From Azolla caroliniana (lineage: Eukaryota; Plantae; Polypodiophyta): a DNA stretch of 64,000 bases. How positions within the stretch are numbered: position 1 is the stretch's first letter; every line of letters begins with the position of its first letter. The notes beneath the pieces were generated by a model. That model was not told where the DNA came from, made no database searches, and worked only from the letters and a program-made list of their open reading frames with translations. The translations under genes and the position numbers were made by a program. The stretch covers positions 3,844,001 through 3,908,000 of the forward strand of contig JBHGNT010000001.1 in NCBI GenBank assembly GCA_043228905.1, read 5' to 3'. Of this stretch, positions 36,326-49,679 are shown piece after piece.

Positions 36326-37864
36326 TTTGAAACTTAGAACTAAGCACAAACCTCAGAATGTTTTTGGATAGATGAGGAACTGTTTTTAGTTTTTCGGCAT
36401 CTATTGAGTTACTTCTAGGAAAAGAGCATATAACATATTCAGTGTTAAACCTTTTCCATTTAAATTTCATTTTAGATCAACAGAACCCAGGTTAGTTAGC
36501 TAGTTAGTTCTAGTGTTTGCACTTCTATTGAAGCGTCCTTTGTTTTCACTTGACCGTTGCTGTGCATGTTTGCTTTGATAATAATTCTCCTCTGATGGAA
36601 AAGCAGCTCCCTGTTATATTCTCTCGTCATTTATTCTGGTAAAGGTGTTAAGATGGAAATATTGTGATTTTAATAGTAAATCATGGTTAAAGTGTATTTG
36701 CAAAACAAGATATCACATGCTAAGTTTAAGTAACTCTGCAAAAGCATTGAATTCACATTTGGATAAACGAGTTCTGGTATAGGATGCTAATGTTATAGTC
36801 ACGGTAATCTATCATGGTCAACTCATTTCGTAGAACTTTTTCAAACACACAACTGATTGTTTGAATTTGATGGCTCTTTTCCTAGAGTTTACTAGCATAT
36901 ACTTTTCATCATCTATCAATTATTGGACTAATTTACCTTTTGACATGTAAACACGTTCTATGAAAAAGGCAATCAGCTATTGTAGACTTGGACTTTCATG
37001 AAGTTTAATTTGTTCATAGAACACAAGAATCTAGTGTGAAATGGTGCTAATTAAGATTAGGTAATTGAATTTAGGTAGCTAGTCCTTGAAAGCAAAATGA
37101 AGTGTTTTGTGCAAAAAGCTCATATGGCCAATCTATTACCACCTCTCTATAATAAACCAACTTACTTCAAGCTATAACTATTGCTAGTGAATGATATGTA
37201 TTTATTGTGAGCTATCGCATGCAGACGAAGTTGCATAGAAATTCATAAGTGTACATGTGCATTCATGATTATTCAGAGCGGTGTTTTTTTATGGTACTGC
37301 AAAAAGGGATTAAGAGAATGGAGAATAATCAAAACGGAAAAGAAGGGAATATATAAATTAACAGATTAAAACATATAAATATAGCAAATTATTGGCATTC
37401 CCTTTGACATAAAGAGAGTATGCTTCCCAAGGTAAGCGGTGATGAATCAGAGCACAGAGACTAATGGTGAAATGAACAATAAACTGATGAATGACTGAAA
37501 AGTATGTTTCTTAAACCATTCTTAATCTTTTACAAATAACTTAAAACTGATGAGAGTTGTCAATCAATAGCATAAGGTCGACAAAGTGAAGCAATTCAGC
37601 ACACAAAGCATCATGCACTTTGGGGTAACGGTTCATGACTAAACATGAGAACTTCAGATGAAAGACTGCTCACCTTGTATGATGTCTTCAACTCATCTAA
37701 AACATAACTACATCTGGTGCTTAGAAAATAAGTTAACTAAATTTCTCAGTTTTGAGAGTAAAACAAAGATTATTTCATGGGTTTTTAGACCATGAACAAA
37801 ATAAAGTTGATATTGAAGTGAAAAGGTTCCAACAATGTATAAAAGTGTTACTGAATAAAATTAT

Positions 37865-39687
37865 TTATTTATTTTCCTCTTTTTTCCCTTGATAGTAAAC
37901 TGTTCCTACCATTAAAGCAACTGTTGCAGCCTGGAAACCAACACGTGCCCGCATCAACAATTGACTACGGTTGTGGTTCCCTTGCCTAAATGACAGAAGT
38001 CCTCCTACAAGGACCCCCAAAGTCGCTAAAGCACCTGCGTCCATTTCATATAACGTCTCTTGATTCTCTCTTGTTTGATCTCATAGGTTATTTCAGCCTC
38101 TTAAGAGACATTGATATATCTTCCTTCCTTTCTATTTTCTTTAGGTCATTAAAAAAATATGCACATAGAAATTCTACGATGATATCTCATTGATTTTAAG
38201 TCTCTTAATTGTTACTTATGTTCAGGATATGACAAACTGCTCACCTGAAGTGCTATCTCATTGAATACAACTTTACGACAAAAAGTATTTTAATTGCCTA
38301 TATACCAGGATATGTCAAAATTCCACATAAAAATACTACATATTGAAAGTGAAATTTAGGTTAACATGCAAGAAATAACTTTTGTAGTTTTTTCTATGTT
38401 TAGGCAATGAAAATCAAGGCAGGGTGCAGAACCAATCATCTGGATAAACAAAATGAATCCATTATGTAAAGGAAAAAACTCTTGAAGGTTAGGAAAAAAC
38501 TGAAAGAATTACCCAATGTCATAATACATAACAGCCCATGAGAAGGAATGAAATAGAGAATGGAAAGTAGTCGAAGAAATGAAGACAAGGGATGCAGAAT
38601 TAATCAATACATGAAATGGGAGAATAATCAAGGAAACAAAATCCACAAGACACACATAAACATTTCTGCAAGTGTATGTACATACATATAGGCATCAACT
38701 TTCAAAGAGCCATAGCTCTCTAGAAAGTGGATGAGCAGGGGATTATGGAATCGATCCTTAATACTCATCAAAGGTAGTGGAATACTCAAAAAGTAAATAA
38801 ATGGTTTGCAAATACTCACACAAAGTTTTAAGAAATGGTTTCATAAGCTAAATAGTTTCATATACTTGCAAGTCTCATACGTGTAAATATGCTCTGCAAA
38901 ACTTGTAGAATTGGATTCACGTGCTGTTGTATATCCACATACACATATACCTGCATACATACATACATGTATATAAATGTGCATATAAAAACGCACACAT
39001 GTATACACATGTAGTACTGTTGTACATCCACATACACATATACCTGCATACATACACACATGTATGTAAATGTGCATATAAAGACGCACACATGTATACA
39101 CATGTAGTACTGTTGTACATCCACATACACATATACCTGCATACATACACACATGTATGTAAATGTGCATATAAAGACGCACACATGTATACACATGTAG
39201 TACTGTTGTACATCCACAGACACATATACCTGCATACATACACACATGTATGTAAATGTGCATATAAATACGCACACATGTATACACATGTAGTGTATGT
39301 TCATGAAAATTGTGTGCACACATACAAATATGTGTGGGTATACACACAATATATAAATCTACAAAGAGATCAACCGTGACAAGCCCTTATTGGATCGCCA
39401 TTTACACTGATTTTCCTTAGGTTTTATAACTGATTCCAATCCAGAATTTTACAGATGATTCCAAAAATTACGGTTTTATCAAGACCAACATGTTCAAATT
39501 TAGTGTTTTACCACGGCATTGATATTTAACAGATTAGGGTTCTCTGTGGAACGTAAAAGAATGGAGAGATGGAAAAAAGAATGCAGAGAGGTCGCTTCAT
39601 ACCTAACGGAACGAGGGGATTTCGTACATACTTCTTGTTGTTGCCAAACAGGTCCTCCTCTGCGTTGAGGTCTGGGGAAGAAGCCAT
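37865..39687 (-). CDS. Hypoxia-induced gene (HIG1) domain protein, HIGD2/Rcf1-like, 2 exons, 84 aa
   Basis: Exons 39687-39603 and 38034-37865 give MASSPDLNAEEDLFGNNKKYVRNPLVPLGALATLGVLVGGLLSFRQGNHNRSQLLMRARVGFQAATVALMVGTVYYQGKKEENK*, with the NPLVP.G and Q..MRARV..Q signatures. The ORF track does not list it. Confidence 0.9.
38924..39293. repeat. 93-bp purine/pyrimidine-alternating (CA/TA-rich) minisatellite, about 4 copies, in the HIG1 gene intron
   Basis: ctgttgta(t/c)atccaca starts at 38924, 39017, 39110 and 39203. Confidence 0.95.
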
Positions 39688-42388
39688 AGCCAAAAGTGAA
39701 TAACTTTGTCAATTCAATTCACATGTAATAAACAAACAAATGAAGAGTCTATAATGAGATACTTTCTCTTCGTGTACATATTATATGTCTTATCCTTCTT
39801 CTTCTTCTTCTTCATGGTCGTCTCCTCGGAAAAACTAGTCCATGTTCATTTATCTTTTGGATCTTTCTGTTGTGGACTTCGTCCGATGCAGAAATCGATT
39901 AAGTCAAACTGAAACGTACTCTTTGTCCATGAACACACAAAAATAAAACTCATTTTGTGGGTGGGTGTGGAGGTCGGTGAATAATCAATCCTACGGCTAG
40001 GTGTATTGTTTCGTTTAATGCCATTGGCTCTCACTCCTTCGGACATTGGTATATGCACTCTACTTCCCAGTTCGGATTAAAGTCCATACCCCCTTACCCT
40101 GGCCTATACTTTCTAGCCCATATCAACTTCCTTAAATATGTGTTTGCTATTATGTCATGATTGAAGCTCTTTTCCATTATCGATTTGTTGATTGTTTTCT
40201 CTAGTGCATACGGGTTTCTTTTCTTTTTTTCCCCACAACAATGTTCTAAATGAAGAGCTAACGAGAATTGCCTTTTCTTTTTCCTTGCTTTCAAATGCAC
40301 TCTTTTGATCTCATTACAAACTTTGAACAAGCACAAATGCCTCTCAAATATAGTGACAAGTTTTTAAATATTGTGTTGGTTTCAATCATTAGCTATTAAC
40401 GATTGGATTCCACTAGCAAAAATCACTTCAAGCATTTTCAAAATCAAAACAAACATTTCAACAAAGAAATATGTTATGCTAACTAATACCTTATGTATAT
40501 TTTGGCATGTTAGCCAATGTTGTTCAATATGATTAACCTCATACTATTTGTACTATCATGATTTCCAATGAGTGGAGTTTTGTTCGTAGACTCCAAGAAT
40601 TAGTAAAAACCAATGGTCAATTCAAAAACTCCTCCGAATATATATTCTCATTTTTTGTTGTTGGTTTTCAAATTTCTTCCGTAAAAAAGTATCCACTCAA
40701 GTAAACCACAATTTTTGTCACTATAGACAATTTCATGCCTATGCAATCACATTGTGGAATGAACTTTGATGTACTCAATAGAGAAAGAATAAATTTACAA
40801 ATATATATCTCAAAGAAATGAATAATTACTCTAAGAAATGAACACCACCAACACATTGTGTTCTTCAACTTATTGTCACTCTAGATGTACGATACATCAT
40901 TGATTGCAAACCAATTTTGGGATAACTTAAGATCACCATGAACCAAAGAATCATAAAATAACTTTAAGACAACATGTGGGATTACCTAGCAAACATGTAT
41001 ACCAAGGTCATGAAAGAACTTGGCAACTAGGATATACGCTAGTTATATCCTCTAATATCTACCTCTAAGCTTGAGGGGAGACACGTTTTCATTCACATAG
41101 CAATTTCCTTCTCATATTGATGAATCAAAGGAAACATTGATCAGCTGTATCTAGAAATAATAGTTGGTGGTACCTCAAAAGTGTTCATATATACTTAGCC
41201 CTATGCCCTAGAGACCATGGAGATTTTTAAAACTTCGGCTATGTCATGTTTACATCCCCGCATAAAGAATGATCACAAGCATGATAATTTACATTGGAAT
41301 GGGAGCTCAGAGAAATGTAGAAATATGCAAGGAGAATGAGTTGCACACCTTCACATATCAATCATCAAAGACCTAGAATCGCGACAACATTTATCTTCAC
41401 TCAAGTAGCATTTCAACAAATGCAAAGATGAGGATATAATATCAAGGGTGGAATCATACCTTCATCGAAAAAAAGTTCAAGCTTGGGCTAAAGCAGCTTT
41501 TATCAAATGCCAACCAAAAGTTTTAGCTAAGGTTCGAAAAAGTTGAAATGCTTCTCAATGATTTCAATCCACTGACTTCAAATTTTCACCTATTTATGAA
41601 AGCTGTAGCCATGAAAGAAGTAATTCAATCGAATAACACACCACTCAAAGATCTTCTGGGTTATGAGAAAAATATTTCTTTCCCAAAGTACTCTTCTTGC
41701 TTCCATCCTCTCTCTATACATGAGTACGAAATTACCCTTCTTTATTTGAAGGGCAGCTCAAATTATGACAATCCGATTTTATTATGCACACTATATACAA
41801 AACTAAGCCCCAAGGTTGCAAGTCACAATTGATACACCTTTGGAACAAAATGTGAAATTTGAGGGCTGCTTTTATGTTGAAAACTGCTGAAATTTAATTA
41901 TCTTCTCAGCGCCAGGTTTGATGGAGAGATTACTGAGAAAACTAGAAACAATTGATGGAACTCAGCATGCAAAGGGCAGTCTTCTTTTGCCTAGTAGCAA
42001 TATTTCAGCAGTTTCAAAAGCAAGCACTCCATTATGGATCACATGGAATACCTTGGCATAAGCCCCAATTTTGAGCATTTCAGCTTCTTCTTCTTCTGAG
42101 AATCCCTTCCACCTACACTCTGAAAGAACGCTTAAACTCAGATATAAATGAATTTAAGACTATAAAGAATGTAAAATGAATTGTCATTAAAATCTTTCCC
42201 CGTGATTCAGCTCCTTCCCTAGTAAGCCACAGCTTCTGAGTTCAACTCTCGCACCCACTCTGTGCCCATCCGAGATGGCAACTGAACCCCCATTAGGCAC
42301 ACACATATTTATCTACAAACATAGCCTATTTCATGTGCGTGGAGAGTAAAATTGCCACATACAGACCCCATACATGATCAAAGTCCAG

Positions 42389-45300
42389 TCATGATGTATT
42401 ATTATGCATATGTATGTAGCAGTACACATTTACGTAAGGAATGCAGAAGCACAGTTTACAATATACCTGGTCATCATCAAAATAACCCAGCTTCCTCAAA
42501 AACGGTTTGTCTAACACATGATAAGATGTGTTCATCACCCTTAAATGCGCACATTTCACCGTATATTTCAATTGAAAAATCAAGGCAGCTATATTGTTGT
42601 ATATGCTGGAAATCACAACAATAGACATTCCAAAAAACATTGTCAGTGAGCGTGATAGATATGAAACACAACAACTACATAAATTATTATTTGGTCTGCA
42701 GACATTAGATGTGATGGTCTCAGTGTAAAAAGAGAATGGTTATACCTAAGGCGGTGGCGATTACATGAAGTAAAAAAAGCCACTAAAACATTGATGATAC
42801 TCCGGACAGCACGAAATACCTGCACAAATATTTATATACCACTGTCAACCACTTCAATAAATCGCCCATCTTTATTTTTTGCTAGTTTCAGTAAAGAAAT
42901 AGTAATTACCTGAGAAAATATATCATTCCATAAGAGCCGCAATGTAGACGCTGATGCCTTTGCAGTCTTTTCAGCCTGTGGCTTAGCCCCATACGATAAT
43001 GAAGTAAACAATATCCATATGTTTTGGGTGAGGTTGTATACATTCAGTATGAAAGCTCTGATGAATTCTAACACTAGAATAGTCAAACGAAGTGGTAGTA
43101 TGATCAAGCTCCATACAGTATAGATTATCGGATATAGAAGCATGATAGCTGCAAAGCGCAAAAAAGAATACCATTGATAAAATGTTAAGGAAACCATTCA
43201 TTCAACTCCAAGTCTTTAAAAACTTAAAAGCCAAAATCAGGTATTATGCATATAGTGATAACACAGTTACACAAGCACTAAAATAAAACAACACATTTAT
43301 ACCTAGGTTCCAAATTGCAGTCAGGCATAGCACAACGGGCCAGGCTATAACTTGCACAAGATCAATACATAGTTTCCAAGCAGAGGCCAACAATTCTATG
43401 AATGGCCAAACCATTGGTTGTAAACTATCAATTGTGTACTCAAAAACTGATGCAACTGTCATTGAGGCCACGCATATAACACCCCAAATAGAGTCAAAGA
43501 TATTCCAGAGTGGCCACCAAATTATGCCCACAAATATTTCTAAAGGTTCTATCATTGGCGTCATTATAATTGCTGATACTTTCTTGGCAGTCGTGATCAC
43601 TGAAAGCAAAGATCGGAAAGCTCTCTCCCAATTTTGCAAGAAAAGCACAGTTCCAAGATACTTAATCCTTGATATCATCTCTAAATCTTCAATCCATTCA
43701 AACAATGGACCACAAAGACGTGCAGCTGTTGCTTTAAAAACAGGAACATTCTTGTATAGATCATAAAATCCAATTATAACAGTGATAATAGACACAATAA
43801 TATACATAGTCCTTGCCAATGGCCACATCCAAGGCCGATAAAACTTGCATACAAAGGGATATGATTGCATGAAAATTACCCATGAAGGTAGGCCTGATTC
43901 TAACATTTTCAGAAGTTTCTGATTGGATGTAATACTATTCTTCAGTTGGAGTGGTAGCATAGGATCATCAAATCGGAAAAGAAGAAGGATATCTTTGTAA
44001 ACAATCAATGCATCATCACCTTGTGAGCTGCAAGATGAACAAATATCTTCTTCAGAGAAATCAGAACCCTGCACTGAATCAGGTCTGCTGCTCTCCATAG
44101 GTAATTTTGTCTCCACGTCCACATCTTGGAAAGTAGTGGTTACAAAATTATAATTTTTACAATTACTACAGCATTGGCTTGCATCAAGAAAAACACAATC
44201 GACATTCGTAGTGAAATCTTCTCCATCTATTTCACATATCTCTGTTCCCGAAAGCGTACGGCAAATGGGAGAGTTCCTCTCCATAACAGATGTCTCATCA
44301 GAACTGGGTACTGCATCGAAATAGCAAACTGCCTCTTTCTGCTCGTGATCACAGTCATGATTGAACTTAAGACTTAAACAATAATCTATATCTTGTATAA
44401 CAGACAATGAGAATTCGGGAGTGCATGGAATTAAAGGCACTGAGTCTTCATCATGACATATATTATCAGATTTCACCAGAAATTGTGCTGATGAAGAATA
44501 TCTTGATAAGCTTGACGATAGATCTTCCATATTGTTAACTCCATAAAAGTTCAAGCCTTCATCAAAATCATGAAACCCCCTTTTCACCATTAGCTTAACC
44601 TCTAAAGCAACAGAAGTATCTGTCTGCAATGACAGGTTTGATAATAAACAATAATATTTTGGGGAGAAAATATACCAAACCCAAAGTTTAACCTTTTCAT
44701 TTGTTTTCTACCAGTTCCCATTAATTGGCATACACACGGAGGCATGAAATTCTTAATATTATCAATGTTACACTTTAATTAACCATGATGCATGTGTGCT
44801 GAATGTAATGCAAATTTTGCGGTTTTGAGGTTCACCAAAATAGGATCTGGTTATAAGAGATCATATATCAATATTTAACTTATGAATACACAAAGTAAAA
44901 AATAACACTTCAAAAAAGGAGAATATAATTACAGCGAAAGAAAATAAAATGAAAACATGCGCACACAAATGTGAAGGTTGGCTACAGAAAGAATAGAAAG
45001 GGTTCTTTTAGGGGGTCTATAGCCCATGGACATGGACCCTTCCAAAACCTAGAACTAGAATGCACACATATTCCCCTATTTTTATTTCTAGAAACAAAAG
45101 CAGGGGAATTTGTGTGTGGAACTTTGTTGCACACATATTCCCCTATTTTTATTTCTTGAGTTCATGAATATTAATTTTGCAATCAGGGGTGAAACAATGT
45201 ACACAAGTACATATCCATATATATGCATTTATACTTGAGATGTCTGTGCCTATAGAGGCTAGAAACAGTGACAGCATATACCTGTAGCTCATTGACATAA

Positions 45301-45920
45301 TTTATTCCCCTAACATTGCTCCATTCAATTTCGAAAGTGACACACCCATAAAGAATGTGTGAAAGCTCTTGGATGCTCAATCGATGCTTGAAAAGTTTGC
45401 TGATGAACTTCATGACTGGCTTCCGAAATAATTTCTCCTCAAAAAGACCATCAAGGAATTTAGCAATGTGTCCTCGGTCATCCTCAAATAATCGTTGCCT
45501 CAAATTTCTGTTATTAAAACCTTCGACATTATCTTCAAGTAACTCCTCTTCAGAAAGCCCTCTAATATAGACATTTTCCTTTGAGTTCAAATCTCTATCC
45601 AAGGTTCCTCCCAGTTCAGACTTTTGGCTACGGTTGGCAAATGGAGAATTCCTTGACTGCACTAGTGGAAAATGGGGCGGAAAGTCAGATCACATAACAA
45701 AAATGTTCTTTTGGTTAGAAAATATTAAGATTAGGAAAACTTTCACCTGTATGACCATCAATTGCCATAATTCTACTGGCTTGGAGCGACTTGAATCATC
45801 ATTCCATGGTGCATTGTCAACAAAGAAAACCAATTTCTTCCTCTCATGGTTCACATGAAGATGAAGCTTCGACACATAAGATTGCATATCTCTGAATTTT
45901 AGAAACAAAGGGTATTCCAT
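42389..45920 (-). CDS. Uncharacterised plant membrane-associated protein, 6 exons, about 799 aa
   Basis: Phase-consistent exons 45920-45747, 45656-45282, 44623-43303, 43148-42910, 42819-42746, 42605-42389 (2400 nt). Blocks VDNAPW, SRNSPFAN, FEIEWSNVRGINYVNELQTDTSVALE, LESGLPSWVIFMQSYP, IIGFYDLYKNVP, LWNDIFSQVFRA and CNRHRLSIYN look conserved. The C-terminal half is hydrophobic. Confidence 0.85.
45061..45156. repeat. Direct-inverted-direct triplication of about 29 bp
   Basis: tgcacacatattcccctatttttatttct, then agaaacaaaagcaggggaatttgtgtg (reverse complement), then tgcacacatattcccctatttttatttct. Confidence 0.85.
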
Positions 45921-46028
45921 GATTATCCGGCTTTCCTTTGAAAAAAAATCTATCCTATTTCTAGTAAGTGGCTAACACAAATAGAATTCATATAACAGGG
46001 GGCTCTTGTGTTCTATATAATAATTCTA

Positions 46029-46156
<128 letters not shown>

Positions 46157-49100
46157 CTGTCATCGAGTTTCTAATCTTGCCCAATGGCTATTTGAGTCTT
46201 GGTGAGGAATGGGCTTCAGTGCACAAAATGTATTAGACATGATTGCCCCTAATCACAGTATCCTTTAGGCATATGAAAATTTTCGCATGGTGATCAAAAA
46301 GCCATTAAAATAGTACGCAGGCAAAAGCAATTCATCAAATGAGACCAGATTAAGCTTCGCCATCCCATTCAATTTGGGGTGTGCTTGCTGTTTTCACTCC
46401 ATCCTAAATAACTTTTGAAACAGCCAAACAGTTGACACTGCACAGCCATCTCAACTATGACCCGATTGGCAATCTTTCAAATCTCTCTCTCTCTCTCATT
46501 CACTCACTCTGCTATCATCATCAACAGAATGCTAAACATTTAAGAAAATAAAAGAAAATAGTAGTAATGATTCAAATACCCAATTTGGAGAGAGGTCAAA
46601 GGGAACAAAAACTGATTGTGACGCTCCTCCATGAACCGGATTACCAAAGAATATGAGGAAGAGGAAGAAAATAAACTCTCGGGAACACCATCAAATCCTT
46701 TGCTTCTTTTTTCTCTTTCATCGCGGTCAAAAATAGCCTTCCCTTTCTCTCTCTCCTCTGTTTTGTGTGAAAAACAAGATAGGAAAAAGAAAAACCTTCC
46801 TCTGCAAGCTACGGAGGGGGGGCTGCTAAAGGCATGAGAGAGAGAGAGAGAGAGAGAGATGTGGTTATGCTGTTACTGTAACTTAGCTTCTCTCTCTCTC
46901 TCTCTCTCTCTCTCCGACTATCTCTGATAGATGCATGAAAAAAATGTATATAGAGAGAGACAATTTTATATATATAAATATATTATATGTATACATATGT
47001 ACATATATATGAATATAACCTGGTATAATTATTATATATATATCCTCGTTATAGGTTTGATGGGTCCCTCTGCTGAGATCTCTGAGAAAAGAGAGACAGC
47101 AACAGAGACAGAGACAGAGACAGAGAGAGAGCTTACAATTTCTTTGCTTTCGTTTTTGTTTTTGTTTTCTTATGGAGAAGATGGGGGGCGGGGATTGACA
47201 TTCCATGCATTCACACTCTCCGGATGCTGACTCTTTCTTACTTATCAACAACACACACTTAGAAATTTGAGATTGAGACCCTAATGGAGATGGAGATTCG
47301 GGCAAATGGAGACTAATATTGATCGATATTACTTTACTCTAATCATGTCTTCCTTTTCTAACCTGGGATATATCTATACAAGGCTTTCTTAGTGGACGAG
47401 ATGAGACGTATCAAGACACCCGACCCGGCAAGGAACCGGAGAATTAATGATAATAATCACATGACATGTTGCGGAAATGTGCATGTATGCTATGAGCATA
47501 TGAATAAACTTGTCTTGATCTAACTAATTATACTCGAGATAGGTCCTACTTGACTATTTCATGCTCAATATGGTTATCTAAATTATGGCCAATGGAATAC
47601 ATAACTCCATAATAGACGATGAATGACCACAAAAAAGCGCATTATTTTTGCTATTATAGTTTGATACCACTTTATTGAGGCTTTTATTACATGTTTGCTC
47701 GTAACAAGATAAACCAAGAAATGTTCAAATGAATAACATCTCTCAACGTATAAATAGGTTTTCTTGTTAACTATTTTTGTTTAACACCATTCCTATAGTT
47801 CTATGTTTATATTTACATGAAATATCTCCCCACCAACCAAAATGATAAACATTGTTGACTTATACAATACCCATAGAATTCAGACATGAGTTTGATGGTG
47901 AGTAAGTATGGACCTAAGGGTCATCGATGTATGTATAACATCACCCAACTAGCAAGGATGATGGCTTAACAGAATCCCCACAAACAAAAGTTTTGCAAAA
48001 TCATAGATGAAGTTGACATAGAATCATGTGCACGTACATAAGGATCCTTTAGTTAATTATTTATTTGAATTAATTAGTTCATGGATCAAAGTCAATGGAT
48101 ATATTATTTGCATCAAAAAATTCCAACTATATAAATACGATATAAAAAACCATGATTAGTGCACTTATGTAGTCTTCTCTCTTAATTACAAGCTTTCAGT
48201 GGTATATACATCACTTGCCCTTGATTCTTGAATCAATGTAATAATTTCATATACCAATTATTCATGTGTAAAAATAAAATAAAATGGCCTTGGTAAGCCT
48301 ATTGTATAGAATATTCGTGACATACGAAGTTGTTGATGAAGATTTGACTTTGAAGTTGGTAGTTGTAGGAGAAACTTTGGGCCCACGAATATGAATTTCA
48401 TTACATGTCAATATTCTAGTTAGGTGTGTGATATTACAAACGACCTTTATATTGATAAAGAAATGAAAACGTGTCTCTAAAGTTTTGCTAAAGTTCACCT
48501 AGATCATGGTATGGGGCACAACTAAAACAACTTGGAACATTTTCTTCCCCATTTGTTTGTTTTTGGCCATGGAAGATTGCTCTTTATTGTAAGTCACGCT
48601 TCCAAATTCCACACCAAGGGGATATGAAGATGCATTATTGAATATATTTATTGTATATGTACATGGTGAGTTCATTGTCATGGTGTTACATGCCTTGAAT
48701 GGGTTTCTATTACACGGGGGAGGTGACAATAATATTATCACAAAAGAACACATATCTTATATATCATGTGACTAGAGCCCTCCCATTTTACATCATCCTC
48801 ACACGAATTAACACAAAGCTAATGAAGTCAGTCATACAATACATGATGAATTATTCAAGTGCTTGGTGCCCCACGAAATATTTAATGCTTGAGATGAGGG
48901 CCTCACAAAGGAATGACAATGTCTTTGATGCAATTGTGAATGTTATTTAACGCATTCAAAGTCAAAGAATGAGGGTGCAAAGCATAAGCTTCAACATCCC
49001 CACTGCATATTTGAGTTATAGAAATCTTAATAAGGTCATGTAAAGAATCCAAACTTTAATATGTAATGGTGCTTTCACATCGTGTTTTAACATATAATGT

Positions 49101-49469
49101 CTCGTTTTTTAAATCTAATTGATCAAACATCACTGCATAAGAACAATAGTTAATACAAAGGAAGTGAACAATGAAAAGGGTAACAAACCATCACAAACGT
49201 TGTTACACTCTTGAATTACTTTGTCTCAAACGCCACCTTTATACACCTTTGACAAACTCGCTCGATCAACATAAGATCAATAATGGCCATTCGTAGACAT
49301 TAACATTAATACGTTCAAGCTATTCCCCACCCACCCACCATCTCTCTCTCTCTCTACATCCTCACCTAACCTAACCTAACCACACTTTCGACAATTCTCT
49401 CCCCAATGTTGCAATCACCCGATCAAACTACTCTATCTTATAGATCAAATTTGGTCTCCCATGGAAATG

Positions 49470-49516
<47 letters not shown>

Positions 49517-49679
49517 GTCCATGGGAGATCAAATTAACATTGAATGTACGGAAAGTTGAGTGAGAGAGAGGAGCATAAAACGATGACTATCGTTTTATAC
49601 AATGTCCGATTGCTTGTTAGATTTGGAGATACATTTCTCAAATTTGGCAAGTTTTATCGCAGTGTTATTTGAAGCGCAA

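Noticed and set aside
37439-37499. C/D-box snoRNA-like motifs (GTGATGA...CTGA)
   Set aside because: No terminal stem and no recognisable rRNA guide.
38841-39379. Four overlapping 120-168 aa ORFs rich in C/V/Y/H/M
   Set aside because: They are translations of the 93-bp intronic minisatellite.
40400-41830. Possible decayed L1 segment on the minus strand
   Set aside because: No convincing continuous motif can be read without a search.
43175-43195. Perfect U12-like branch motif TTCCTTAAC in an intron of the unknown gene
   Set aside because: The donor is GTATAAAT, not RTATCCTT, and a normal pyrimidine tract with CAG follows, so the intron is U2-type.
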